A stretch of DNA of 64,000 nt from Scyliorhinus canicula (lineage: Eukaryota), in NCBI RefSeq assembly GCF_902713615.1, contig NC_052162.1:110015811-110079810 (forward strand). Reading direction: 5' to 3'. The notes under the pieces are model-generated. The model had not been told where the DNA came from. It saw only the letters and a program-made list of their open reading frames with translations, and ran no database searches. The translations under genes and the position numbers were made by a program. Shown one piece after another: positions 1 through 13,244 of the stretch (the first letter of the stretch is position 1; each line of letters starts with the position of its first letter).

Positions 1-189
1 TGTTTCTCTCAAAGTCTGCCATAATCACAGATAGAATGTTACACGTTGAGGATTGGACCAGCTCCAACAATAGTGGCATGATGGAGCCATAGGTTTTGCT
101 TGCAATTGAAGACCCCACCAAAAGCATATTCTACGTCATTTAGGAAGCGCAAGTAACATATTAGGTTTATTTTTTTTCAGCCGAGGATT

Positions 190-1180
190 ACATTGGCAAC
201 AGCTATACACGTGACTAACACGCCCTTTGAATATACCATGCACATCCAACCTCATGATATTTTCTTCCTTTCACAAGCACGCCCGGGTTACTCTTGTCCT
301 CACCATTCAACCCACCATAATTCCTCTAGAAGAATCATCCTCCACGGTTTTAAACAATTTGTGTATGGTGGCTGTACAAATCCCATCCTCCCGACAGCAT
401 TCTCATCAGCATCGTGAACAGAGCATTTCCTCGGCCACACACTAATTCCACCGTCTAACGCTCCAACACCTCATCCCCGTCGTCCGGAATCTTCCTGTAC
501 AGTAGGAGGTGTAAAATTGGCACAGCCCTCCGCCCTCCTCAATGTCCAAGTTGCCAAACATGCCTTGTGCGTGAATTGCTCCCACATTCAAATGAGATTA
601 TTTTATTCGTTGCTCACAAATCCGCCCCATCTACATTGCAGAAACCAAGCGCTGACTGGTGACCACCTTGTGGAAAAGCATCGCCCAGTTCTGAAGTATG
701 ATGCTGATCTTCCTTGTCGCTTGCACATGCAGTTTAATATCTTCCCTGCAGCAATGTCCCAGTGAAGCACACCAAATAATAATGATCTGTATTAGTCTCA
801 CAAGTAGGATTACATTAACACTGCAGTGAAGGTACAGTGAAAATCTTCTATTCGCCACACTCGGTGGCCTGGTCGGGTACACAGAGGGAGAATTGTGAAT
901 GCCCAATTTGCATAACCAACACGTCTTTCGCAATTGCGGGAGGAAACCGGCGCACTCGGCGAAAACCCACTCTGACACGAGAGAACGTGCAGACTCTGCA
1001 CAGGTTCCCTAGCCGCGAATCGACCGCGGGCCCATGGCACCCTAAAACAACAGTGCTAACCATTGTGCTCACCTTCAGCCCGAAGCATCAGCATCCAATT
1101 TTCCCATTTGGCACTGTACAGAATTGTCTACGCACCGTAGAGTTCACAAATTTCGGACCATGCAACCCGACCTCCAATTT
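190..1180 (+). mobile_element. Penelope-like retroelement relic (C-terminal linker and GIY-YIG endonuclease region), interrupted by a SINE
   Basis: Frameshifted translation gives RVTLVLTIQPT..RRIILHGFKQ (~290-360), YFIRCSQIRPIYIAETKR*L.GDHLVEKH (~600-680, GIY-YIG 'YIGETKRRLGDRF.EH'-like) and QHPIFPFGTVQNCLRTVEFTNF (~1088-1155, 'QHLIFRLG.LQP.GLN.EF'-like). Confidence 0.65.
776..1073 (-). mobile_element. tRNA-derived HE1-like SINE with 'cagtgttaatgtaa..ctacttgtga' tail
   Basis: Degenerate HE1-type core (ggaggaaaccgg..cact.gg.gaaaacccac..gacacg.ggagaacgtgcagactc). The tail matches the copy at 57535-57830. Confidence 0.75.
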
Positions 1181-1667
1181 ACTCCCCCAAGTCTAAGACC
1201 TTACCTTGTTTTTATGTTTTGTTTTCGCTGATCATTTTTCTACTGTTCATGCTTCTAACGACTTCGATTTCAAAAAACGCTGACTATTACTTTGCTCTTG
1301 AAATGTACACTGTGCGAACACTTTCGCCATCAATATTTAAGCTACCACTCTCTTTGTCTTGTGTTCCATGAAATTCCTGTGACTTAACTTCCCCTGCCTT
1401 TGCACCGACACTTTTTATTTTGCTCCACATGCCTCAAACATATGGTTAAACAACTGACAAATAATAACATTTCTACCAGAAGAAGAAACAAAAGGACTCG
1501 AAAGTTAAATTTGTTTCTCTCTCTCTGGGTTTTTCAGTATTTTCAGTTTTTACGTCAGTTTTCCAGCATTTGCAATATTTTAACTTTCTATTCCTACCTC
1601 TCGCCAGTTCTGAAGAAAAGACCTGCAGGCTCAAAAGATTGAGTGGTACTATCCTTACCGCCAGCAG

Positions 1668-1987
1668 CATAGAACATAGAACATACAGTGCAGAAAGCGG
1701 CCATTCGGCCCATCGAGCCTGCTCCGACCCACTTAAGCCCTCACTTCCACACTATCTACGTAACCCAATAACACCTCCTCACCTTTTTGGTCACCAAGGG
1801 CAATTTATCATGGCCAATCCACCTAACCTGCACGTATTTGGACTGTGGGAGGAAACCGGAGCACCCGAAAGAAACCCATGCAGACATGGTGAGAACGTGC
1901 AGACTCCTCACAGACAGTGACGCAGCGGGGAATCGAAGCTGGCGCTGTGAAGCCACTGTGCTATCCACTGGTGCTACCGTGCTTCCC
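1668..1987 (-). mobile_element. HE1-type SINE with CR1/HER1-derived 3' tail
   Basis: tRNA-like head at the right end, core 'ggaggaaaccggagcacccg..gaaacccatgcagac', and (catagaa)n tail at the left end. Confidence 0.9.
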
Positions 1988-2274
1988 TTGAGCATGTTTC
2001 TCAGCCCCGCGCCTATCGATGACGGCGGGATTTTGCATTGAAACCAGCCCACCCACGGGCGGAGGGGCGTGTCCGGAGGAAAAACCTATTCACAAAAGGC
2101 AGAGAATTCAATTTTCTGTTTTTCTCTCTCTACAGATACCAAGAGGTGTATGATGTATAAGATTTAACTATGTTTTACTATTTTATGCCATTTTCCAATC
2201 TCTGCTTTTTTTATTCTCTTTGTTATATCCAAGTGACGTTCAAAATGGAAGCTTGTCGATTTATTACCTCAGGT

Positions 2275-3030
2275 TAGAATCACAGAACAATAGAGGTTTA
2301 GCAGAAAAACGTCAATCGGCCCAACTTGTCCATGGCACCGAGTTTTTACCACTTGGCGAATCCCAATTCCCCGCATTTGGTCCATAACTCACAATACCCA
2401 GCTTTCCCATAAAAAACAATATTGTTCCTTCCTCTACTACTGCCTCTGGCAGCTCGTTCCAGACACTTATCACCCTTTGTGTGAAAATATTGCCCTGTGG
2501 CTCCTTTTGCATTTCTTCCATCTCACATTAAACCTATTCCTCCTCCTTTTAGACTCCCCTACTTTCGGGAAAAGCTATTGACTGTCTACCTTATTATTAT
2601 TTCATTATTTTAAGGACATCTATAAGATCACCCCTAAGCCTCCTACGTTCCAGGGAAGAAATCTCCCATTCTATGCAGCCTCTCCTTATGACTCAACTCA
2701 TCAAGACCAGGTAGCATTCTAGTAAACCTTTTCTCCACTGTTTCTAGTTTAATAATATCCTTTCTCTAATAGGGCGACCAGAACAGAACACAGTTTTCCA
2801 AATGTGACCTTACTAATGTTTTGCATAACCTCAGCAAGTCCTCCCAACTCCTTTATTGAATGTTCTGACCAATGAGACCAAGCATGCCGAATGCCTTCTT
2901 CATCACCCTGGAGACCTGTGATTCCACTTTCAGGGAGATATGAACCTGTACTCCTGGATCTCTTTGTTCTATAACTTACCCCAACTCTCTCCTACCAATT
3001 GAGCAGATCATGTCCCTATTCGATCATCCA
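2275..3030 (-). mobile_element. CR1 LINE 3' fragment
   Basis: ORF 2312..2521 'FTQRVISVWNELPEAVVE' is the CR1 ORF2 C-terminus; a CR1-type 3' UTR lies at the left end. Confidence 0.85.
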
Positions 3031-3034
3031 AAAT

Positions 3035-6000
3035 CCCCCCCCCCCTTTTGGAATTCTGCATCTGCTGACATTTAAATGTTCCCCGAGAAAGTCGACGAAC
3101 AGCTCCCACCTCCGGGTGAACTTTACAATTGACTTCTTAAGGCGAACTTTATTTTCTCAAGACTGAGAAACCCAGCCATGTCACTAACCCAGGCCACTAC
3201 ACTTGGTGGCTTCGTGTCAATCCACATTAATAAGATCCGTCTCCGGGCTACCAGGAAGGAAAAGGCAAGACGTTGGCTCTTTCACCCCCTGAAGTACCGG
3301 CACATCCGACACTCCAAAGCTCGCCACCTCCGGGCTCGGCACCATCCGTCTTTTGAGTACTGTGGACATTGCCTCAGCGAAACAATGCAAGAAACCTCTA
3401 AGCATGCCCAACACATGTGGACATGATTTGCTGGGCTTCGCGCACCTCGCTCACCTGTCCTCTGCCCCGAAAAACTTGCTCATCCTAGCCACTGTCATGT
3501 GTGACCAGTGGACTACATTGAATTGTATCAGGCTAAGGCTGGCAAATGATGAGGACGTAATAAGCCTGCTTTGGGCATCTGCCCACGGACCCACCTCTAT
3601 CTCTCCTGCTAGCTCGTCCTCCCACTTGCCCGTAAGCTCCTCCACCGGAGTTTTTCGGCATCCAAAAGTTCCTGGTAAATATCTAATACCTTCCACTCTC
3701 ACACCCAGGTGCAAGAGACCACTCTGTCCTCTATGCCCCGTGGGGGAAACAGCGGGAAAGTCGACATCTGCCTTCTAAAGAGGTCTCGCACCTGCAAATA
3801 CCTAAACCCATTCCCTGCTGGCAATTCCAATTTATCCTGCAATGTCTTAAAGCTGCGGAAGCTCCCGTCTATAGTAGATTCCCCCATCCTCCGAATTTCC
3901 GACCATTGCCATCTCCGGAACCCACCATCCAGCCTACCCTGTACAAACCGCTGATTCTGAGAAATCGGGGCCAAACAGATGCTCCCTCCACTCTCTTATA
4001 TCTCCTCCACTACACCCAGATTCTCAGAGGCACCACCACCACCGGACTTGTGGAGTATCGGGCCGATCAGAACGGAAGAGGTGCCGTTAACATTGCTCCC
4101 AAGCGTGTGTCTTTACATGACGCTGCCTCCATCCGCTCCCACACCGACCCCTCCCCCACTACCCACTTTCCAATCATGGCTATATTAGCCGCCCAGTAGT
4201 AATTGCAAAAGTTCGGCAGCGCGAACCCACCATTCCCTCGACTGGGCTCCAGTAACACTTTATTCACTCGCGGGATTTTACCCGCCCACACGAAGCCATC
4301 AATAACCCTATTCACCCGCTTGAAAATGGCCCTTGGTATGAAGATGGGGACGCACTGAAAGACAAACAGAAATGTCGGGAGGACCGTCATTTTCACGATC
4401 TGTACCCTCCCCGCCAATGAGAGTGGGAGCATATGCCATCTATTAAAGTCCTCTTTCATTTGTTCTACATGCCGGCATAGGTTTAATTTGTGCAGTGCCT
4501 CCCATTCTCGGGCTACCTGGATTTCCCAGACACCGAAAGCTCTTTCCTTCCATTCTAAGCGGTAGCTCTCCCAGTTTCTTCTCCTGCCTTCTTGCCTGGA
4601 TCGCGATCATCTCACTTTTCCCCATGTTCAATTTATAAATGGAAAAATTACCAAATTCTCAAGGACCCACGGTACTTAACACATACCCTCCAAAGGATCT
4701 GAAATATGCAAGAGGAGGTCATCTGCGTAAAGCGAGACCCAGAGCTCCTCCATACCCGCTCCCGCACCGCCCCCCCCCCCCCCCCAACCTGCCCTTTCCA
4801 GTTCCTACAGGCTCTTAACGCCATGTCCAATGGCTCTGTGGCCGGAGCAAACAGTAGCGGGGAGAGGTGGCACCCTTTCCTCATCCCTCGGTGTCGTTTG
4901 AAAAACCCCAACCTCAGCCGGTTCATAGGCACACTCGCTACTGGTGCCTGATAGAGCAACCGCACCCAATCAATGAATCCGTCACCAAGCCCGAACCTTC
5001 CCTGCGCCTCCCACAGGTAATCCCACTCCACCCGATCGAAAGCCTTCTCCGAATCCATCGCTACCACAACCTCAAACTCCCCTCCTTCTGAGGGCATCAT
5101 AATAACATGTAAAAACCTTCGAACGTTGGCATTGAGTTGCCTGCCCTTTACAAATCCCGTCTGGTCTTCCCCAGGACACAATCCACTCTCCTTGTGGCCT
5201 GTATCTTAGCCAGCAGTCTGGTGTCCACATTCAGTAGAGAAATTGGCCTGTCTGACACACATTGCTCCGGATCCTTCTCCCGTTTCAGGATCAAGGAAAT
5301 CGAGGCATGCGACATTGTTGAGGGAGGACCCCCTTCTCCCTTACTTCATTAAATCCCCTCAACAGCCGTGGGCTCAATATCTCTAAAAACTTCTTATAGA
5401 ATTCCATTGTGTAGCCATCCGGGCCTGGCGCTTTGCCCGGCTGCATTTCCTCAATTACAATTGGGGCTTCTAGCCCTTCTACCTGATCCTCATCCATCCT
5501 CGGGACCCTAAACTGACCCAAAAACTGCTTCACTGGTCCACCCCCGCCAGAGGTTTCGACTCATATAATTTACTGTAAATTACTTAAACACCACAGTCAC
5601 CTTCACTGGGTCCGGGACCGTACTCCCACCTCTACGCTTTACCCTCCCTATCTCCCTGGCCGCCTCCCTTTTTCTGAACTGGTCCGCTAACATTCTGCTT
5701 GCTTTTTCCCCGCTTTTTCCACCACTTTCCCTCTGGTCAACAGCCCACACTCCGCCTGTAACCTGTGCCGCTCCCTCAGAAGCCCCGCGTCCCGGGCCTT
5801 CAAGTATCTCCTATCCACCTGGAGTATCTCATCGACTAACCCATCTCTCTCAACCTATTCCACCTTTTCTCTGTGGGCCTGTATCGAGATTAATTCCACT
5901 CTGATCACTGCCTTCAAAGCTTCGCAAACCGGCCCTGCAGAGATCTCCCCCGTACCATTTGTTTCCAGGTAGTTCTGGATGGACCTGTTCACGGCCCACA

Positions 6001-8511
6001 GATCACTTTGCCCGCTAACAACCCCATTTTCAGCCTCTACAGCGGGCGTGGTCCTCTCTCCAGTCTAACCTGTAGTTCCACCCAATGTGGGGCATGATCT
6101 GACACTGCGATTGCCGAGTGCTCAGTATCTACCAGCCCCCGGTAATAGAGCCATGCTCAGAACAAAAAGTAATGCGAGAGTATACCTTGTGTACATGAGA
6201 GAAAAAAGGAAGCCCCTTCGCCCTTGGCCATGCGAACCTCAATGGGTCAACTCCCCCCATCTGATCATAAACCCCTTGAGTTCATTTGCCACGGTAGGCA
6301 TCCTCCCTGGCTTGGATTTCAACCGGTCCAATTTCGGATGAATGACTGTGTTAAAATCTCCTCCCATAATCAAGTTATGTGACTCTTTTCTGGGATTTTA
6401 CCAAACATCCGTCTCATCAATTCCACATCGTCCCAATTCGGAGCATACACGTTCACGAGTACCAACGGCACCCCCTCCAGCTTCCCGCTCACAATTACGT
6501 AGCCCCCCCCCCCCCCATGCCTGACACAATTCTCCCTGCCTCGAATGCCACTCGTTTATTGATCAAGATCGCTACCCACCTAATCTTTGGGCCCAGCCCG
6601 GATTGGAAGCCTTGGCCAACCCACCCATTTCTCAATGTAGTCTGGTCTATAGCCTTTAAGTGTGTCTCTTGTAATATTGCCATGTCCGCCTTCAGCGCCC
6701 TCAAATGGTCAAACACACAAACCCTCTTGACTGGCTATTCAACGCTGCAACGTTCCATGTAATCAGCCTGGTCGGGGGACTTCCCACTCCCCTCCCGACT
6801 AGACATCACCCTCTTTTGGCGATCCTCCAGCTCGTGCCCCCTGCCTCCTCGAACACCCCCCCCCCCCACCAGGCATTCGCCGTCCCGACCTCCCTTTTGT
6901 CCCCGAGTAACAGTTCCTCCCCTGACAGCAAAGCAGCTCACCCCTCTCCATCGCCCCCGAGTAACAGCACTAGAAACCCAACCCCCACATCAAGCTCCAG
7001 CTTAACACCTGCTAAACACCCCCCCCCCCACTGTGCTTCCGTGAGTCAGCTGACTAGACTGACTTGGTAGCCCCGCCCATGGCACCAAGCAGTCTGACTC
7101 CCCATTGTTCTCTCCCCTCTACCACCACTTGGACAAATATATTCAAAGCATCAAATTCCCAATTAACAAACATCAGAACAAACAGTGAAAAAGCAGCCAC
7201 AACCGCAGAAACCACACCTCCTCTAACCAGCTCCAAGTAATTCAAAGATAACTTTCGTAATCAAAACAGCCCCTTATTGCACATAACAGTACATATTCTA
7301 CCCAGCACAAAAGTGATTTACAACAAATCGCCACTGCAGTACTATCCAAGGCTTCAGTGCCTTTTAGTTCACCAGCCTTTTTTCCTTAACGAAAGTCAAT
7401 ACATCGTCTGGTGTTTCAAAGTAAAAGTCCCATTCCTCATGTGCAATTCAGACGGGAAGGGTAGAACATCCCGAACTTTACCCCCTTCTAAAAGAGGGCC
7501 GTTTTTGCCTGCTTAAACCCAACTCGACTCTTGGTCAAATCTGCGCCCAGGTCCTGATAAATGCACAGCTCACAATTCTCCAATTTGCTGCTCCGTTCTT
7601 CTTGGCGCAACTCAGAACGTGTTCTTTGTCCAGGAATAGATGTAAACGTATCACCATCGCCCTCGGCAGCTCGTTCGCTCGGAGCTCCTTCGCAAGTGCT
7701 ATTTGCGCTCTATCCACTTTGCGGGCGGAGGGAACGCCTCAGCCCGCATCAACTTCACCAGCATGTTCGTCACACGGGCCCTCGCATCCGATCCCTCACT
7801 GCCTTCAGGGAGGCCAACGATTTTCAGATTCTCCTCCTGGACCTGTTCTCCAGGTCCTTCAGCTTCTCCTGCATTCTTTCCGGGTGATCATTTACCGTCT
7901 CCACCTAGGTCTCCAGAACTGTAGTATATTCCTCGTGCTCGGACAACTTTTTCTCCAACTCCGGGATCGCTCGTCCGTGGGTTTCTTGATTCTGCACCAC
8001 CTGATCAATCAAAGACTTCATCGGGTTCAGCGTGTCCATCTTAAGCTTGGCGAAGTACTCTTCAAAAATTTTCACCAGGTGCTCCGTCGATTACTGTGCG
8101 GTCTCCCCGAGGCCCTGAATCTCTGCCATGCTTTTCCGTGTTGTCAGATCTGCTTGCATCTTCATTAAAGGGCAGTATCGTCTCACACAGCCAGTTCTAC
8201 TCCAATTCTCAAATGCACTGGATGCGAATTTCTTCTCACTGTCACTCATCACCGATCTATCCAATAAAATGCGGAAAAAACGGGAGTGAAAAGATCCAAA
8301 CGTCCGTCAAAGGCGGGAGCTATCAAATAGATCGTTTGAGAAATACAGCACAGAACAGGCCCTTCGGCCCACGATGTTGTGCCGAACTTTTGTCCTAGGT
8401 TAATCATAGAATTTTGGACACTAAGGGCAATTTATCATGGCCAATCCACCCAACCTGCAGATCTTTGGACCTACTTTGCGATCGACTCCTCCATGGCTGC
8501 CACCGGAAGTC
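3035..8511 (-). mobile_element. Near full-length decayed L1-clade LINE (5'UTR, ORF1 ~7350-8150, ORF2 ~3075-6790; 3'UTR lost)
   Basis: Endonuclease 'ADMAILQETHL..WVGQ', RT 'DQTGFVKGRQ..DSEKAFDRVEW..GMRKGCHLSPLLF', 'LSLAGRVQIVKM..GGFALPNF..YYWAAN', ORF1 'PRAMVIRLHLFLDKE'. The 5' end reads gacttccggtggcagccatgg on the minus strand. Many frameshifts. Confidence 0.9.
8329..8472 (-). mobile_element. Small chimeric insert (CR1 3' tail plus SINE fragment) in the L1 5'UTR
   Basis: 'tacagcacagaacaggcccttcggcccacgatgttgtgccgaacttttgtcctag' resembles the CR1 tail at ~48360-48417. It is followed by the SINE segment 'ggacactaagggcaatttatcatggccaatccacc'. Confidence 0.65.
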
Positions 8512-9298
8512 TCATCTCTGTACTCTTTAAGGGATTCACTGGATCCCAGCTGCCGATGCATATCATAGATCTGCTTCTTCTTTGCCAGGGCCTTCTATCC
8601 TTGGACTTCACTCGAAAAGGGATGAATCGTGCTTAACACACTTTTAAAAGCCTTCCATTTGCCAGCCGTTCTTTTGCCTGCCAGTAGACTTACCCAATCA
8701 ACTTTTGATAGTTCATGTCTAATACCATCAAAATTGGCCTTGACCCAATTCAGAATATTAAATTTTGGGTCGGACTTATCATTCTACATAGCTATCATAA
8801 AACTAATGGATTTATGGTCAGTGTTCACAAAGTGATCCCTCACTAACACTTTTGTCACATTCCCTTCCTTACTTCCCAAGAGGAGGTCACGTTTTACCCC
8901 TGGCTAGTCGGCCATCCACCTGAATGAGTAATTACTCCTGAATGCACTCAACAAATTTCTCTCCATACAAGCCCCTAATGCCACGGCTGTCCCCGTCAAT
9001 GTTGGGAAATTTAAAGTCTCCAATTATGACCACACGATTTTTCTTGCATCCATGTGTAATCTCCGTACATATTTGTTCCGTAATTTTCCGCTGACTATTT
9101 AGGGACCTGTACACAATCCTCTCAAAGTGGTCTTTCCCTTCTCATTTTTTCAGTTCTACCCACATAGACTCAGTGGGTGAACCCTCGGATATCTCCCCAA
9201 TCAGCACTGCCGTGATACTCTCCCTAATCAAAAACGCAACTCTCCCTACTCTCTCACTTCCTGTTCTGTCTTTCCTACAGCATCTGTAGCCTGGAACT
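8512..9298 (-). mobile_element. CR1 LINE endonuclease-region fragment
   Basis: ORF 8932..9114 'RVVIIGDFKFPNID..FVECIQE' is the CR1 APE motif. Confidence 0.8.
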
Positions 9299-10033
9299 TG
9301 ATCATTTGCAGGAGGTTTATCTGGCCATGTGTTTCTTCATACTTTGTGACTGCATGGAAATCCGCAGTCAATGTTGTGGACACGCGGCTATACAACCGTG
9401 CGCCCGTAGCCCAATTGTCGATCAGTGATCACAGCACTTAAGATAGACGACGTTACCTGCATTTATAGTCTATCTGACCCATTTATGGAAGAGTGCAGAT
9501 CTTGGGGTACTTTCAGTGGAGTCAGGAATATTGCCTCAAGTTCATGAGCCTGAGACCATGTCTATAGCAGGCTGTTGTCCAACGAGTCTTGGCGACAGCT
9601 TTATCTATCTTAATACAAATTCCAAGAGTTTCGTGGGAATCGCCTTTTACTGTCGCAGAGTCCTGGCGACGCTCTCATTTTTCTTGGACAGATGCATATG
9701 TTACGGGCCGACAGTCCACCTTTGACTCCTCCTGTATTCATTTTCCGGATGTTTGGTTGAAGTGAGTGTTGCAGCCTTCTGAAAGTATCGGTTAACCATC
9801 CTCTCAAAGTGACTAACATTAGTGTAAGTTTGAAGGTTAATAGGAAGACCAGAAAGTAATTTTGTTCAAAGTCAGAAATTTTGGTTTGAAATCTTTCTTC
9901 ATAACTGAGCACATGTAATCACATCAATGGCACAGCTAAAACGGAGCGCATTAATGCGCTTGCTGAATAACGACAATCAGAAATGACTAAATGCTTCAGT
10001 AACGTTGTTTGTTTAGTGACTGTAAGTAACACT

Positions 10034-10084
10034 ATTGGCAATGATATATAATTGAGTCTGAGGGGAATTACAGCAGGTATAAAA
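10034..10084 (+). promoter_or_regulatory. Putative core promoter of the GPCR gene (inverted CCAAT plus TATA box)
   Basis: ATTGG at 10034-10038 and TATAAAA at 10078-10084, 70 nt upstream of the exon-1 ATG (10154), in non-repeat sequence. Confidence 0.55.
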
Positions 10085-10153
10085 CGGAGCCCATTGAAAG
10101 TCGAGCAGAGGGCAGGCGAATTCTCAGATAGGCATCGCTGCGTCTCACAGAAA

Positions 10154-10223
10154 ATGCACGCTCCACCTACCGGACTACCATATGCCATTTATTACACTGC
10201 ACTTGCTGTCATCGCAGTCCCTG
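10154..10223 (+). CDS. GPR139/GPR142-like class A GPCR paralog 1, coding exon 1
   Basis: aaaATG in good context encodes MHAPPTGLPYAIYYTALAVIAVP+G. Donor CTG|GTAACG at 10223/10224. 'YY..LA...VP' matches the TM1 start of GPR139-like receptors. Confidence 0.85.
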
Positions 10224-10299
10224 GTAACGTATCAGAACCATTGTTCTCAAAGTGTCGCAATACTAACGGGTAGAAGATTTGCAGCCATCGTATAAATGT

Positions 10300-12080
10300 C
10301 TAATTTGGCCCCAACGCGAGTACTGTTTTAATTTTCTGAGACTGTACCTCACGAAGGATAGACTTGACATTCACGAATGATGAAAAGCAGCTTAGCAAGA
10401 ATGATCCCAAGTGTCAGGCAGTTAATTATCAGGAACGGCTGCGGACATTTCACGTGCTGTACATTTAGTGTGTAAGATTAAGACATTAGTTAACAGAGTT
10501 AGTAAAATAATTAATCGGATCAGTGCGAAACAAACATTTCGTCTGTTGAAGATGTTCAGAACAAAGGGCAAAACTGATAAACCAGCTCGGAACATGGGTT
10601 ATTGAAGGGTAAGTCATCCCTGATGGTCCTGAGTTGATTTCACGAAATGGTGATAAACTGGTAAACCTTAAAATGTCTATGGTTGTTATGAATACTGGCT
10701 TTCAGAAAACACTTGGTTAGACCGCAGACGTCGCAATTTTGCTGAACGTTGAAGTTATTGCAATTGCAGTAATATGATGGAAATGCTTGAAAAACGTATC
10801 AAAATCAGAATGTTTCTAAACTGACGAGATGTGAAGAAACAGTTCCGACTACTGTAAGTATCCAGCACTAAAGGGCACAGCATTGACGTATTTAGTAAAA
10901 TAAGCGGAATTTATACAAGGGGATGCCTGTTCGGCTGCAACTGGCTAGCGTGAGTGACAGGGTGCCTGAGACAGTGGTGGAGATAGGCCCAGTTGAAGCA
11001 TTCAGAATCTAACTGGACAGTTATCAGTAAGATAAAACGTGGAATACTCTGAGGAGAAAGTGGCGGGATATCCCTTGGTGAGGGGCGCAATCAGACTGAC
11101 GGTGGAGCAACAATTGGTCAAATGGCATCGTGGCATTGTGCTGCGCAGTAATAATTCTATCATTCTGTGAACCTGGATAAGCAGCATGACGCAGAGATAC
11201 GGGTAAACCATATGTATGGCAAAAATGTGCCTGCCGTTTCCTGCTCGGATCTCTCTTGGCGTCTCAATCGTTAGCCCTACTCATTCGCGGCTGAGATGCT
11301 GATGGTACAAATGTAAGTTGCATCTGAAGCATATAGATGGAAATATAAAAGTGGGAATAAATGGCAACAGATAAATTAAACGGGCAAAACTTCGCCAAAA
11401 GGTGATCGAACTGAAAAACATGACGTTATCCACGTTGTGCATGAATATGATAGAATAGCTTATTGTTAATGCTTTAATTTCATTTTTACAAAGCTCTTTT
11501 TGTTGTCGAATTAGCTTTGTTATGTGTGAATGCATGACACCTAGAACGATAGAATGGTTCCTGCACAGAAAGAGACTCCTCGGCCCTTCACGTCTGCACT
11601 GCCATTCTGCATTCAGTTCATCTAGTCGCATTCAGCCATCCCTTTCCCTTTCGCAAATATATATTTTCACATCAGCTGATAATCTAATGTTGTTTCGAAA
11701 ACCGCTACAAAACCTGTCACCACCACAATCTCACACAGCGAATAACGCTGCAGAGAAGTGATTTGTCCTCCCTTTGCCATTGCTTCACTTGCCTACAGCA
11801 TTAAATCGGCCTCCTCTTCTGTTCAATCGTTCGGCTGAGGGAAGCATGTTCTCCCCCTCTGCTCTGCACAGACATGTACTGATTTGGTCACCACTTTCAA
11901 ATCTTCCGTCAATATTTTCATCCCGAAGATCCTAACCGCAGTTTCTCCAATATTTTCTCGCAACTGAAGTAAATTGTTTGTGGTGACATTTTCCGCAATC
12001 TTTCCCGCACCAATTCAAAAGCTATTGACACCAATAAAAATGTGATGTCCAGATATAGATGAAATTACTTCATTATTGTG
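10300..12080. mobile_element. Very old CR1-like fragments in the GPCR intron
   Basis: Degenerate CR1 3'-region and RT-like stretches (+ at ~10300-11170, - at ~11540-12080); no usable ORF. Confidence 0.4.
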
Positions 12081-12333
12081 CAGCCAGAACATTGAATGCA
12101 TTTGAAAATTATGCAAATGTTAAATTATATTTCGATCGTTTGGAAGATATTTCTTTCATCCGAGGTGTCTTTCCCGTCTAACCGCCATCTCCACATTATT
12201 ATATCAACTCTTGTCTCTTCACGCCCAGATACTCGGCTCAGAATCAGAAAATGAATGTCCATACATTTTGGTCAATGTGATGATATTGTTGCGTTTGCAG
12301 AATGTAATTTATCTATCCTTCTCTTTCATGCAG

Positions 12334-13244
12334 CAAATTTAGTAGCGATTGTCATCCTGTCCAGAGGAAAATGCGGCCTGTCGGTATGTATCACTCGATA
12401 CCTTGTCTCCATGGCAGTGACGGATCTCCTGGTCATTATCACAGCCGTGATATTAAATCGTATTAGTGGCATTTATTTTCCTGGCAGCTTCTTGTCCATC
12501 ACTCCTGTGTGTAGCCTGAGCATTTCGCTAACTTACGCTGCCAGAGTGAGTTCCGTCTGGTTAACAGTCACTTTTACGTTTGATCGATTTGTGGCTATAT
12601 GCTGCCAGAAGCTGAAAATAAAGTACTGTACCGAGAAAACGGCGACTGTGGTGATAGGGATTGTCTGCACGCTGGGCTGTTTAACCAATATCCCCTGGTA
12701 CTTTATCCACGAGCCTATTTACATAGTTGACAATATCCCGTGGTATTGCAGACTGAAGGACATCCGTTATACTTCATTCTTTTGGACAGCATATGACTGG
12801 TTCGACCGTATTTTGACCCCGTGTGCTCCGTTCATTCTTATTCTTCTGTTGAACGCTCTGACCGTCAGACACATTCTAGCAGCCAGTAGAGCCCGGACGA
12901 GACTCCGTGCAGAAAGCAACAGGGACAAGCAGAGTGACCTGGAGATGGAGAGTCGGAGAAAGTCCATCGTTTTACTCTTCACCATCTCTGGCAGCTTCAT
13001 TCTGCTTTGGATGACGTATGTTGTACAGTTCTTATATGTGAGAATTACAAATGACTATAACATCAAAAGCTTCAGTGATCCCAAATTCATTCTCCAGGAA
13101 TCCGGAAACATGCTTCAACTCCTTAGTTCCTGCACCAACACATTTATTTACGCAGCGATTCAGAAGAAATTCAGAGAGGAGTTGCAAAATGCTTTCGAAT
13201 ATCCACTCAGCATAATTATTAAATTATTTATACAGAAGTTGTAA
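12334..13244 (+). CDS. GPR139/GPR142-like class A GPCR paralog 1, coding exon 2 (spliced protein 326 aa)
   Basis: Polypyrimidine acceptor cttctctttcatgcag|CA; phase-1 join gives VP-A-NLVAIVILSRG. TM2 'MAVTDLL', TM3 'FTFDRFVAIC', TM7 'SCTNTFIY', helix 8 'KKFREEL'. Open to TAA at 13244. Confidence 0.92.

Noticed and set aside
12255-12333. N-terminal 'MSIHFGQCDD...' of the 329-aa ORF as the true GPCR start
   Set aside because: It runs through a polypyrimidine tract and AG acceptor and lacks the first half of TM1, which exon 1 at 10154-10223 supplies.
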